Positions 34,558 to 47,200 of a stretch of 49,760 bases of DNA are shown piece after piece. Positions within the stretch are counted from its first letter, which is position 1, and each line of letters begins with the position of its first letter. The stretch is from Fonticula-like sp. SCN 57-25. Its lineage: Eukaryota. The notes beneath the pieces are model-generated. The model was not told the DNA's origin. It did no database searches and saw only the letters and a list, made by a program, of their open reading frames with translations. Where the stretch lies: positions 1 to 49,760 of the forward strand of contig MEDX01000078.1 of the NCBI GenBank assembly GCA_001724245.1, written 5' to 3'. Made by a program: the position numbers and the translations under genes.

Positions 34558-37500
34558 TTATATGAATTGACGCCCCGTGGCCTTGCGCGACACGATTCCA
34601 AACCGCACCGACGGCGCTTTCCTCAGCACGTTGACAAAATCGGGCTGCGACATGTTGACGACGCTGGTGCCGTTCACAGCGACGATGACATCACCCACGT
34701 GCAGCCGCCCGCTCAGGTACGCGGCGCCATTCTTGTTAATCTCCACGATGACAATACCAACGCCCGGGCGCGCCTGGATGAGGAAACCGTACCCGCTTTC
34801 CAGCTTGTTCAGCTCGACCTCTTCGAGAGCGGCCGGCGGCGATGCCTTGGACGGCGAACGCGGCTGCGCGGCGGCGGCGGACGCCACGGCCGCCAGCGAC
34901 GCCGTTGCACTGGAGGCCGCCGCTGTCGGCTGAGATGGCTGCGGCAGCGGAGCGGCCGACGCAGACGCAGACGGTTGACTAGAGAGCAGTGGCGACGTAT
35001 GCAATGACGTCGCGCCGCTGGCTGATGCACTACCGCCTGCACTAACGGGGGGCGGAACGGGCTCGCTGTTAGGCGCGGTTGGGGGGAGGCCGGGGACCGA
35101 CGCCGACGCGGCCGAAGCGACCTCCTGCAGCAGCGCCGACGCCGTCGGAAGACGGCTAAGCAGCGAGGTAAAAGTAGTCTTGGTCGTAGCCAGCTCCTGT
35201 TTGATGCGGTCCTTTGCCTGTTCGCGGTGAGTTTGCTGTTTGCGATGTTGGTCGGACGTACCACGGCGGCCTCCTTCTGAAGCACGCGGACGGCGTTGGT
35301 GGCGTGCTGGGCAACATTCTCCTCCTTGATGCGATTCGCAATCTGCACGGCAGGTGTCAGCGTCGGCCAAACAAGAGCGGCGAGAATAAACACCAATAAC
35401 AACAACCACCCCGCCACGCACGTCGCTCGCCATGCCGGAGAGAATCTGGATCGGCTGTGTCGGCGCATCGACGTCGACCTCAAAGAACACGGACAGGAGC
35501 AGCGGCGCGCGCTCCATCGCCTTTGCGACGCTGACGAGCTCCCCGACCGCCGCCTCGTCGCGCAGCAGCGCAGCAGTAACGTACCGCCGCTCCAGAAACT
35601 CAGTCTGAGCAGCCACGTGCGCGAACCACATGGCCAGCTCCTTTCTTGTCAGGAGGATACAAAAGAGCGCGCGCAGCTTGACGTTCGGGTCCGCTGCCAT
35701 GGCGGCAATCCCGTTCAAAAAGGCGATCGATGCGGCCCACGGCGAGTCGGCCGTCACCTCTACGGCAACGTCCCAAAGCGACTCGCGCTCGCGAACAAGG
35801 CCAAAGAGGTGCGTGTGCGTCTGGGCACGCAGACCGTGCATCAGGACACGCGCGCAGTCGGCGCACAGCTTGGCGCGAACAAGCGATCCGAGCGCTGGGT
35901 TTCGCGCATCGCTCCCGTGCCACTCCTAAAAGAGAAAATACTACGTTTAGACGGGAATCGGCGCAAAACGACAAAAACTAACAAAAACAAAAGGATACCA
36001 AAAACACGATGGCATTTCAAAGAAACATAATGCCCTCAAATGGCCCCGCGCTCGTACCGCTTGCTCGGGTGAAAGGCCCTCAAAGGACCGCAGAATCTCA
36101 TTGGCGCTGCGCTTGAACGAATTGAGCACCGCTGCGCACCATTTGTCGTTAGCTAGGCAACTGCGCAACAATCATGCGCACCAAACGCAAGCGTCATATA
36201 GTTATCACGCAGCGACGCCTCATCTTCTCCGTCCACGTGGCCGACCTGCTCGTCTTCATCCCCCGCGACGGACGACACGTCGCTCGCGTTGTCAAAGTCG
36301 TCGTCCCCCTTTGGCTGCGACTGCGGGTAAAATTGCGGCTGCTGCTGCTGTTGGGGTGACGCTACTGCAACGACGACGCGCCATACCTTGCGCTTGGGGT
36401 AAAAAACAGCCGTCAGTGTATCACTGAGTGGAATTTGCTCCGTCTCCTCTTCGTTCGAGTCGCCCACGTCGGCTTCCTGCTCCTCGTCGTCCTCGTCGTC
36501 TTCCTCCTCCTCTACAAGCTCCCATCTTCCGCCGCGCCACGCCACCAGCTGCCCCGAGAGCGACAGGACCGCTGAGCTATCCGGCTCGCGGCGCTTCTTG
36601 AGCAGCACCTTGAGCGTCGCCGGAGAGCGCACAATGTACGGCGACGCCCCTTCAGCGCCCACCGTCGGCGTCGGCGGCTTGGCGCGCAGCAGCGACGACG
36701 AAGACGACGAAGAGGAAGTAGTAGAGGCTGCTGTAGAGGAAGGCGCGGCGGCGGCTTGCGAGGCGGACGGTGCGGCAGCCGGAACGGCGCGCTCGACGGC
36801 GTCTTCCGTATGCTCAATGCCAAAGCTCAGCGAGCGCGACTGGGAGACGACGTCGGGATGGAATGGCCGCGCGGCCTCAAGCGGCGGTGTCGGCAGCTGA
36901 TCGGCGGCAGCAAGAGACGCGGCGGCGAGCGACAGCGCAAGGGACACGGCAGAGTCCGTAGTGGTCTCTGTCGCTTGGTCGGGCTGCTCACCGGTCTGCT
37001 CGCCGGGCGCTTCGTCAATTGGCGAGTGCGCTGAGAGGGCGCGCGGCGACTCAATCTCCACGTGGTCAATCATGACATCGTTCATGGCGTCGGTGATCGC
37101 GTCGATGACCAGCGCTGTGTCTGGGGCAGCGTCTGTATGTATCTCCAATGCTGCGACGTCGTCGTTGACCAAACTTGGTGTAGCTGCTGTAACCTCATTG
37201 CTGACCAAACTGGGTGCTGCTTCGGCGGGCTGCGGCGGCGGGGACGGCGGCAATAAGAGAGACTCGAGGAGTGAAGCCGTGCCCGATGATGCCGAAGGCA
37301 TTTCGATCACTGCAGGCAAAGCGGCTTCGCCAAAAAGGGGCGTCGGGACTTGAATCTCCTCGAGGTGGGAAATGGGCCGCGGCGCACCTTTACCAGTCCG
37401 CATGGTCACCGTCTGACGGTCCGGGCTGCCGGGCACCGAGGCGCCTTCGTCGTCGAGATCGTCCGCAGAGTCAAAGGACTCGTCGGCCGCATCATCGTCG

Positions 37501-37983
37501 CCGCGTAGCAAATACTCTTCGCGAATCTTTATCAATGTACCAAGCCACTTGTTGCGAGAGTCCTTGTTGTCGCAAGCAAGATGATAGATGCGCTTATCAA
37601 AGGCAATGTCGAGGCAACAGTCAAGGGACTTGCGCCATGGAAGGTTGGGCGGACTGCCGATATCGATCGAGATCGCACGCTGAAGAGGAATCGACGAAAT
37701 GGGCTGCTCATCACCTTTCTTCATGTAGTAGTAAAGGCGGCCACCACGATGCTCAAAATAGCGCTGCTTCCAGCGACGAATCGGGCCCTTGTCACCAAGC
37801 TTGAGCATCACACCGTCAATGTGCAGCAGGTCACTCAGACTAGCCGGTTCCGCCTCCTACACACATAACATTAATGTAAAGCAATAGGGATATGTGACAT
37901 ACATCGGTGGGTTGAGTCGCCTGAGGTGCGTCTGCCGCTTTGGGCGCGGCAGCTTTCGCGCCGCCCTTGCGTCGCGGCGGCAT
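34558..37983 (-). CDS. PH-RUN-PDZ domain protein
   Basis: PH: DGVMLKLGDKGPIRRWKQRYF..LYYY..RIYHLACD..RNKWL. RUN: LGSLVRAKLCADCARVLMHGLR..LWD..KLRALFCILLTRKELAMW..LERRY..AALLRD. PDZ: GYGFLI..GAAYLSGRLHVGDVIVAVNG. Introns 37857-37902, 36132-36181, 35926-36057, 35343-35421, 35218-35261. Confidence 0.82.
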
Positions 37984-39656
<1,673 letters not shown>

Positions 39657-39992
39657 CAGTATCGCTGCGTCTTCTTGTCTCTTATTATTTCGCTATTCGG
39701 TCACTCGTTTGTTTGCGGCGCCAATAAATACGTCGTTTTGCATATACTGTTGGACAGGAATGCGCGAAAAGTGTCCACATAGTCGCTAACGCCAAGGGGC
39801 GCAATAATATATATTTCATAAGCTTGCTGCACGCCAAGCAGCATCCGCAATATGGCACAGATACAATGTCGAAACACTCGAGAAATAAGTATACTCATAT
39901 AGCACTACAGGATGGCCTGCGCCGCGCGGCCCCCAATTGAATACAACACTTTAAATACAAGGAAGCGCCTACCCCTAGTCATACATCAATGA

Positions 39993-42188
39993 TCAGTTCT
40001 CCTCCGGGACGGTGGCCGGGACACCCGGCGATGTCCTTCCCCTCACCGCGCCCGCCGTCATGCTTGTGGTCTGCGCAGCCGAGGCTGCCTGCGGCGACCC
40101 CCCGACGAGCGCCGCGTCCACCGACGCCCTCCTCTTGTTGAGCGCAAACCTGCCCGACCCGAGCATGGGCGCGTTCTTGAGGTCGTTGAGCGACGACACG
40201 CGCTTGAACGGCAGCACGGTGGCGCTCGTCCCCTCGTCGTCGTCGGTCGAGTCGGCCGAGAGGGGCGAGAGCGGCGACGGCGACGACAAGGACGGGGCGC
40301 GCCGCGCCGCGATCAACTCCTTTGCCGCAGCCACGAGCGCCGCCACTTCGGCCGTCACGGCGGCCGCCTCGGCCGCGGACGCGGCCGGCGTGTCCAACAT
40401 ATCGTTCAGCTCGGCGTGCGGGATGCCCAGCGCGGCGCCTAGCTGACGTGGCGTCTGGCCGAGCACGTTCGGGTGATCAACATTGGCGCCGCGCGCAACC
40501 AGCAGGCGCGCTACGTGGCCCTTCCTGTTTGCGACAGCGTCGTGCAGCGGCGTGTTGCCTACAGGCCCCGCGCGCTCGCTCGCTGGTGCCCCGTAGCGCA
40601 ACAATAGTGCCACCGCAACTGAATCACCCCTGCGAGCCGCCACGTGAACAGGGGTGATGCCCGCCTGCCCCGTTTGAAGGACGTCGGCGCCCGCCTCGAG
40701 CAGTGCCGCCATGACGGGAGGCTGCTGCCGCGCAAGCAGTGAAAAGGGCGCGGCGGCCACCTGTTCGCGCGTCAGGCGCGACAGGAGGAGGCTGATGATG
40801 GCGCGGTTGTTGCACGCGACCGCCAGGTCCAGCGCGGTCACGAGGCGGCGGCCGAGCGCTCCCGACAGCCGCTTCTGCGATTCTCGCCACGTGGATAGTG
40901 ATTGTGCCGTCTGCTGAGCTGCTTCGGCGGACGGAGCAAACGCAATAGGTGCAGGCGCAGCAGCAGTAGGAGCCAATACAAAAGCACTCCTTGTAGATGC
41001 AGCGGGTCGTGTGATACCACGGTCGCCCTCGGAAGCCCGCCGCGTACCCTTGCGTGTCTCCCCTGCGGCGGCGCCCTTCCCGGCGGCGCCACCTGCGCGC
41101 CCCGCCCCACCCATAAGCACGAGTAGGCGGTACACGCTGTAAGGCACGCCCGCCGCAGGGTCCGCCCCAAGATCGAGCAGGACGTGCGCGATGCGCGCGC
41201 TACCACGCCCGTGCGCCGCCACGGCCGCCATCAGCGGCGTCAATCCCAACCACGTGGATGATATCGATCCGCCCAGCTTGAGCATCAGCATCACGGTCTG
41301 CTCGAGGCCAAGGGAAATGGCCACGTGGAGGAAGGAGGGCGCGCCGATTGTCAGCAGCTGCAGCGATGGATCCGCGTCGGCGTTGTCCGCGTGCGAGTTC
41401 TGGGCGGTGCCGTCCACCTGATTCTTGGATGGTTTCTTGACGAGGTAGTGGAGCGTCTGGACAGGGAGGTTGACGTTGTTGGGGAATCCCTTGCCGAGCG
41501 ACAGCAGGCAAAGGTCCTCCATCTGCGTCGCCATCGCAGTGACAAACGCAACGCTCATCGCAGCGGGCGTCTTGCGCGCCGCGCGCACGGGGTCCATCCG
41601 GCTCATCAAAAGATACGCGAGATCGGACCGGCCATCACGCACCGACAGCTTGAAATGGTGAACTAGCTCGATGGTGGACCGCCTCTGATTGAGATGCCGC
41701 GAGATGAAACTACTGAAACGTTCAAAGGACGATGAAGCAGAAGAAGCAACGCGAGCCGGCTGCATCGCGTGAAGGCGCAAAAGTCGCTTCCGCGAAACAT
41801 ACGCCTTGCGATCCTTCTTGAACGACGACCGCGAAGGTGCCGACGCCGAAGAGCCGGATGATGACTGCACACGGTCGAGCACGCACAGCAGATGCCGCTC
41901 CCGGAAGGGCGCCACATCGCGGAGAATAAATAAAGGAAGGGTCAGGCAGCGGCGGCCAGAAGGGAGAATGTGCGTCTGATCCTCCCAAAGCGGAGATGCG
42001 GCCGAAGTATCGGCAATAGGGGTCAAGGAGGTGGAATGATGCGAATCTGTACTTCCACGACGTTTCGCTTTTCCCGAAATTAGAAATGCATAGATATCGA
42101 AAAGAGGCGTACAAAGCATAGGGAGACCGAGAGAGAGGCTCAGGCGGCGGCGCCCGAGCGTCTCGGCCAACGGCGACGACGTGGACAT
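39993..42188 (-). CDS. Ankyrin-repeat protein
   Basis: Ankyrin motifs SFLHVAISLG, GLTPLMAAV..LLDLGADP, TALDLAV, GITPVHVAARRG..LLRYGA, GNTPLHDAV..LVARGANVD..GQTP. Probable in-frame 45-nt intron 42068-42112. Confidence 0.85.
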   Translation of the reverse strand: MSTSSPLAETLGRRRLSLSLGLPMLCTPLFDIYAFLISGKAKRRGSTDSHHSTSLTPIADTSAASPLWEDQTHILPSGRRCLTLPLFILRDVAPFRERHLLCVLDRVQSSSGSSASAPSRSSFKKDRKAYVSRKRLLRLHAMQPARVASSASSSFERFSSFISRHLNQRRSTIELVHHFKLSVRDGRSDLAYLLMSRMDPVRAARKTPAAMSVAFVTAMATQMEDLCLLSLGKGFPNNVNLPVQTLHYLVKKPSKNQVDGTAQNSHADNADADPSLQLLTIGAPSFLHVAISLGLEQTVMLMLKLGGSISSTWLGLTPLMAAVAAHGRGSARIAHVLLDLGADPAAGVPYSVYRLLVLMGGAGRAGGAAGKGAAAGETRKGTRRASEGDRGITRPAASTRSAFVLAPTAAAPAPIAFAPSAEAAQQTAQSLSTWRESQKRLSGALGRRLVTALDLAVACNNRAIISLLLSRLTREQVAAAPFSLLARQQPPVMAALLEAGADVLQTGQAGITPVHVAARRGDSVAVALLLRYGAPASERAGPVGNTPLHDAVANRKGHVARLLVARGANVDHPNVLGQTPRQLGAALGIPHAELNDMLDTPAASAAEAAAVTAEVAALVAAAKELIAARRAPSLSSPSPLSPLSADSTDDDEGTSATVLPFKRVSSLNDLKNAPMLGSGRFALNKRRASVDAALVGGSPQAASAAQTTSMTAGAVRGRTSPGVPATVPEEN

Positions 42189-42954
42189 GCCGGGCTGCCC
42201 CGAAAATCCCCGTGAATTGCCAAGATCACGTGACTATTTGTTTTGAAAGAAAAACAAGTTTCCTTCACTTCGACGAAACAGGGCAAAACAAAGTGGCGTA
42301 TGGGGGAAAATTATGTACATTGTTGTGTCTGCTCGCAGCACCGTACATTACTTTTACTGCGATGCTGATGTGTGTAGAATGTGTGTTGCTCGCGTTCACG
42401 TCGAAAGAGTACTGCAAATATCTTTGCGCATAGAGCTGGCGCTTTTGGCTTGTGACCGTGCACTGAGCGAGGTTGAAAGGCAAAAGAACTGTATCAAATT
42501 GAAATGCAAAGAGTACACTTAAGGATTTTGAAAGAGGACGGCCGAACGAGTACAGAAAGCGGATCAAAAGTCCAAGAGTATCTCAGGGGTACCTGAGCGT
42601 GAAAAGTTCCAGAAAAGGTGGGAAATGGCACAAAGAAAACTTATAATAGTGTCTCTGTTTACTTTTGATAAAGAAATATATGCCTGTGGAATATGCGACG
42701 CTTCACCCTCTCCTTCACTTTTTGAATTGAGTAGAGTAGTCAATTGCATAGGAGTGGATGTGTGACTTTGTCCTTTTCGAAATATAAAAAAACTAAAAAA
42801 AGTTCATTATTCAATTTGCTTGCATATTTTTGTGTTCAACGTTACTTTCTTTATTGTTATCATGTGGTTTTATAGTTGAATGAGGCGTTGTCACAGCGAA
42901 CGACGACAAAATGCATCAAAATGTCTTCATCCCACGTGACACTCATCGCCCAAC

Positions 42955-43012
42955 GTCGTTCTTGGTCGTTCTCGGTCGTTCTCGGTCGTTCTTAGTCGTT
43001 TTTGGTCGTTCT
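42955..43012 (+). repeat. 10-nt tandem repeat (GTCGTTCTYG)x6 directly upstream of the MTD1 start codon
   Basis: gtcgttcttg gtcgttctcg gtcgttctcg gtcgttctta gtcgtttttg gtcgttct, ending 7 nt before the ATG at 43020. Confidence 0.85.
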
Positions 43013-43019
43013 CTTCCTC

Positions 43020-43961
43020 ATGGCGGAGCGCGTGGATGTCACGGCTGTGGCCGAACCCTTCCGCCGCGAGGTTCAGGCGGCGGTCCAGGCGCGCGTTTCC
43101 GCTGGTCGCCCTGCGCCTCTCCTCGTTGGACTTCTTGGAAATGATGATCCCTCGGCTGTCCAGTACGCGGAGCGCACTGGCCGCGCGTGCCTTGCCGATG
43201 GCATCCGCTATGAACTCCGCAAGGTGAACCGCATCGACATGGAAGACGCCCTTTCGGCAGCCAACGCTGACCCGAACGTTCACGGCATCATCATCTACTA
43301 CCCCGTCTTTGGCGCTCAGCCTTCCTTTTATGGCGGCAGCATGGATGACTATCTTCGTGATAGCATCGCCGTGAGCAAGGATGTTGAAGGCCTGTGCCAC
43401 ACGTACCGCTTCAACCTGTACCGCAATGTGCGCTTCCTTGACGCGGACCACCGCCAAAAGTGTCTTCTTCCCTGCACTCCTCTCGCCGTCGTCAAGACGC
43501 TCGAGTCCCTCAACGTGTACGCGCCGCACGAGTCGACCGAGGTCCTTTATGGGCCGACGAACCGCCTCTCTGGCAAGACGGTCGTGATCTTTAACAGGAG
43601 CGAGATCGTCGGACGGCCGCTTGCCGCTATGCTTGCCAATGACGGAGCGGATGTCTATTCGGTTGATATTAGCACAATTTACCTGCTAAGACGGGGGAAG
43701 CTGCTCGAGACGCCCGAGACGCCCGAGAGCGCGTGCAGGAAGGCGGACGTGGTCATCCTGGGCGTGCCGACGAGGGACTACAGGCTGCCCACGGAGTGGG
43801 TCAAGGAGGGCGCCGTCGTCATTAATGTCGCCACGTTTAAGAATGTCGAGGAGGAGGAGATCATGAAGGTCAAGGGTGTCAAGTACGTTCCGCAGGTGGG
43901 CAAGGTGACAGTCGCAATGCTCGAGAGGAATCTCATCAGATTGTACGAAAACTTTCACTGA
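43020..43961 (+). CDS. MTD1: NAD-dependent methylenetetrahydrofolate dehydrogenase (yeast Mtd1-type, monofunctional); intronless
   Basis: LLVGLLGNDDP.A..YAE.T, HGIIIYYPVFG, KDVEGL, NLYRNVRFLD..K.LLPCTPLAVVK.LE, NRSEIVGRPLAAMLANDGA.VYSVD, VGKVTVAMLERN. Confidence 0.93.
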   Translation: MAERVDVTAVAEPFRREVQAAVQARVSAGRPAPLLVGLLGNDDPSAVQYAERTGRACLADGIRYELRKVNRIDMEDALSAANADPNVHGIIIYYPVFGAQPSFYGGSMDDYLRDSIAVSKDVEGLCHTYRFNLYRNVRFLDADHRQKCLLPCTPLAVVKTLESLNVYAPHESTEVLYGPTNRLSGKTVVIFNRSEIVGRPLAAMLANDGADVYSVDISTIYLLRRGKLLETPETPESACRKADVVILGVPTRDYRLPTEWVKEGAVVINVATFKNVEEEEIMKVKGVKYVPQVGKVTVAMLERNLIRLYENFH

Positions 43962-44292
43962 ATAGGGCGAAATTCAATACAGTACCTTGTGAAATGAGCT
44001 TACTTATACATTTGACGCGGTTCGCTTGGGATGGCTGGCATGCCCAATTATAGAACATATAATGAAAAAAAAATGATGCATTGCACAAAGTGCTCAAATG
44101 GTGCAGCCTAAACATACCCCTCGCATTTGTTACAATGTTTCGACACTTTTTCTTCGGCACATTTCCGTAACATTTCAGTGTCTGTGCCATTTCTTCAGTC
44201 CAATCAGTCCACCCCCGATTATGTAAAATCACCCCCCGATTCAGCCCTGTGTTTATAGTTTGCGCGGACTTGCCCCTCTTGGGGCCGGCGGC

Positions 44293-47200
44293 ATGATGAT
44301 GCGGCGCAGGTCGAGCGTTTTAGAGTGCTCAGATGAGAGCGTTCATCTGATTGTATCTCCTTCAGGAGCTGGCTGCACCTTTGTTGTGTCGATTGATCGT
44401 TACACGGGCCAACTTTGTCACCGCGGCGAGCGCGGCGTTGATGTCTTTGCTGATCACGAATCCGCACAAGATGCGGCGAATCGTGGTGTATTTGGTGTGC
44501 CTCGCTCTGTCCGCCCCGTCGAAGCCATCCTTGGCTACCTCATTCTTGGCGGGAGCGGGCATTTGCTTGTTGCGGAGCGCGTCACCCCGACTGTTGATCT
44601 CTTTGGCGGTCATCAAATTTTCACTGTTCAACAAACGAGCTGGTGGCAGATCCCCTTATTATTCCCGTCGTCGCCGAGCCTGTTTGAGGATGAGCGTCTC
44701 TCTCTTTTAAAGGAAGTTGTTGTTGCCCAGCTGCATTACTACTGCGATACGCTGGACGTGACACGCCCGTTCCCTTCGGCGCACAGCCAGCGCAGCCCGC
44801 GGGTCGAATTCTCCTGGAACGAATTCCTTGCCGCGCCGTTTGCAGAGATCGGGCTGCGAGAGTGCTGCCCGATACTCGTGCACGGTCAGGCAGAGGACCA
44901 GGCGGTTGTGCTGGGCGGCGGCGCGGCCGCTTTCAACATTGCGCTGCTCACTAGGAGGGAGGCCGCGAGGGCGGGATCTCGGTTCTTTGCTTGCGGGCTC
45001 GATGCCGACGGCGAAGCGTGCGGCAACGAGGTCGAGTGCGAGCTCATCGTATGGCGCACCGCGCCTGCCACTGCGGCGCACGCATCAGAGGGAGAGGGAG
45101 AGAAAGATGAGGGTGACACATGGGTGAGGTGGGCGGCCATGCTGTGGCGCGTCGGGTCGCCGCCTATCCAGTGCAGCGTGCCCCTGCCGGCGGCCGGCTC
45201 CGGCGAGGAGGACGCGGTCCTTGTACACGTGAGACAGAGGGAGGAAACGGGGGCGGCGGCCACCGCAACTGCAGCGGCAACGTACTTCCAAAGGCTGGTG
45301 GAGGGGAGCATGTGCAGCAAGGTCGTCATCGTAGACCTGAATAGGCAGCAGAGGGGAGAGCTGGAGGCAACGGAATTGGTACGACGCATGCCAAGGATTA
45401 AGGAGGGAATGGAATGGGAAACTAAAGTGAGCCGAATTGACTTTAACTGATTTGTGTAAAACTCTTGAACTCGCGGTATCCCACATTGCGCTCATACATC
45501 CGTGCTTGCCTTTGCAGCTTTTCTCGAGTGTCGAATCCGTCAAGCGTCAACTACAACTTGACCTTACCTTTGTCAACGTTGATTGGTTTGGCCTTGCGTC
45601 CGAAGTGGGCACGCTCGGCGCGGCAAACGGCCTCCTCGGCCTTGTGCGGGACGCGCGCTCGTCCCCATCGTCATCGCCGCCGTCTCCCTTCTCAACGGGC
45701 TCCGCTTGGATTTGCCGACTACCGCCCGACGCGTCAGACAGCTCTGGGGCGACGCCGACCCCCCGACGCCACTCGCTGACGCTCAGTGATGCCCCGACGT
45801 CGCCGCCCGCATTCTTTGCGGTCGATTCTTTGTCTTCACAGGGGTCGCTGGTTCGATTTTCGTCCGTCGAGTCGTTCTTTTCGCAGATGGACGCGTCGTT
45901 TTTTGTCGTGATGGAGCAGCTGCCGGCGATGCTAAAGCACATTGGCGTCGGGCGAGAGCTGTTGCAGGGCGGAAATGCGCTTGTCCGCCGAGGGGGCAGC
46001 GACGCGGATGACGTAATCGGTGGCAGTGTAACCGGTAGCTTTAGTGGTACCAATGTGAATGGTGTCAACAACGCTGCTGGTAATGCTGCTAGCAGTAGCG
46101 GCCTCGTGGGCCACCTTGAGAGCCTTCTGGGCTCGGCCGTTCTTCTCCCAGCGTCGCAGCTGTTTATTCTCGCCGCACACACGATAGAGCTTGCGTACGG
46201 CTCGGGCGAGGCTGCCCTTCCCCCGGCGCCCGACGCCTTTGTGGACGCGACTCAGATGCAGCCTGCCCCCGGCGCCCCTTCTGGTGTTGGCGGCAGCGGC
46301 TCCGGCGGGGCCCCTGACGTATCTGACATTTCGCCCGCTCAGTCTATGCGATTCAGTGTTGTCCGTGCGACGGGTCTCTTTTTCGGGAGTAGCAGCAGCA
46401 GCAGCAACGAAGACCAGCTCCGCAAGGCGGCGGCCCAGCGCGAGAAGGAGCGGCGTGCACTGGAGGGCGTGCTGTCGGGGCCGCCTGCGTTCCACCCGCT
46501 TCCCTGCCGCCTCATGCAGCGATACCATGACGGCGCTCGGCCGCGCGGCCTGGCGGCGATCCTCAAGACGGTCGGGACGAGTCGCCTGACACCATCTCGC
46601 TGGGCTCCCATTGCCGCTTTTGAGATTGCGCGGCAGAACGCGCTCGACATGTTTCTCGGGCGCAATTTGCAGCGCCACCTGCCTGTGACGCTGCGCGGAG
46701 GCAGAGGGGGGAGAGGGAGCTGGAGTGCGCTTCAGCGGGTGGTGCAGCGGGTGGATGCGGTGCCGGTGGCAGCGCTGCACGGCGGCACGGCGGCCGTTGT
46801 GGCGGCGGCGGCGACGCTCACCACAAAAGAGCGCTCGCTCAGCATCGGCGTTGGGGGTGCGCCCCGTGCGTCGCCGCTGCTTGCGCCCCTGCCGCTGCTT
46901 GGCGGCGCCTCAGCTTCGTACGCGGTCGTTGCGTCGCCGCTGTGCACGGCAACTTTGTCGGCTGCCAGCGACGAGTACGAAGCGGTAGCGCTCGAGTCGC
47001 GGTGGCCATCGTCGCTGCTTGCCCTTTTCTCTGGCGCGCCCGCCGCCGCCGCGGGCCCCTTGTGGGAGCATGACGTGACGGGTGCCGACGTCGAGGTGAC
47101 GCTTGCGCTGTCGTCCCCGTGCCGTCTTGCGCTCGTGGCGCTGACGGTCCAGTGGACATCGACGGACCTGTCGGCGCCACAGTCGGTGGAAGTGTGGGCG

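Noticed and set aside
42212-42900. Short ORFs and a possible ncRNA in the longest AT-rich intergenic region
   Set aside because: No coding-like codon bias, convincing splice pattern or recognisable RNA motif; cannot be supported without an Rfam scan or RNA-seq.
42955-43012. Tandem repeats (here and at 29413-29585) as CRISPR or telomere-like arrays
   Set aside because: No spacers or cas genes, eukaryotic context, and the units are short and degenerate or coding.
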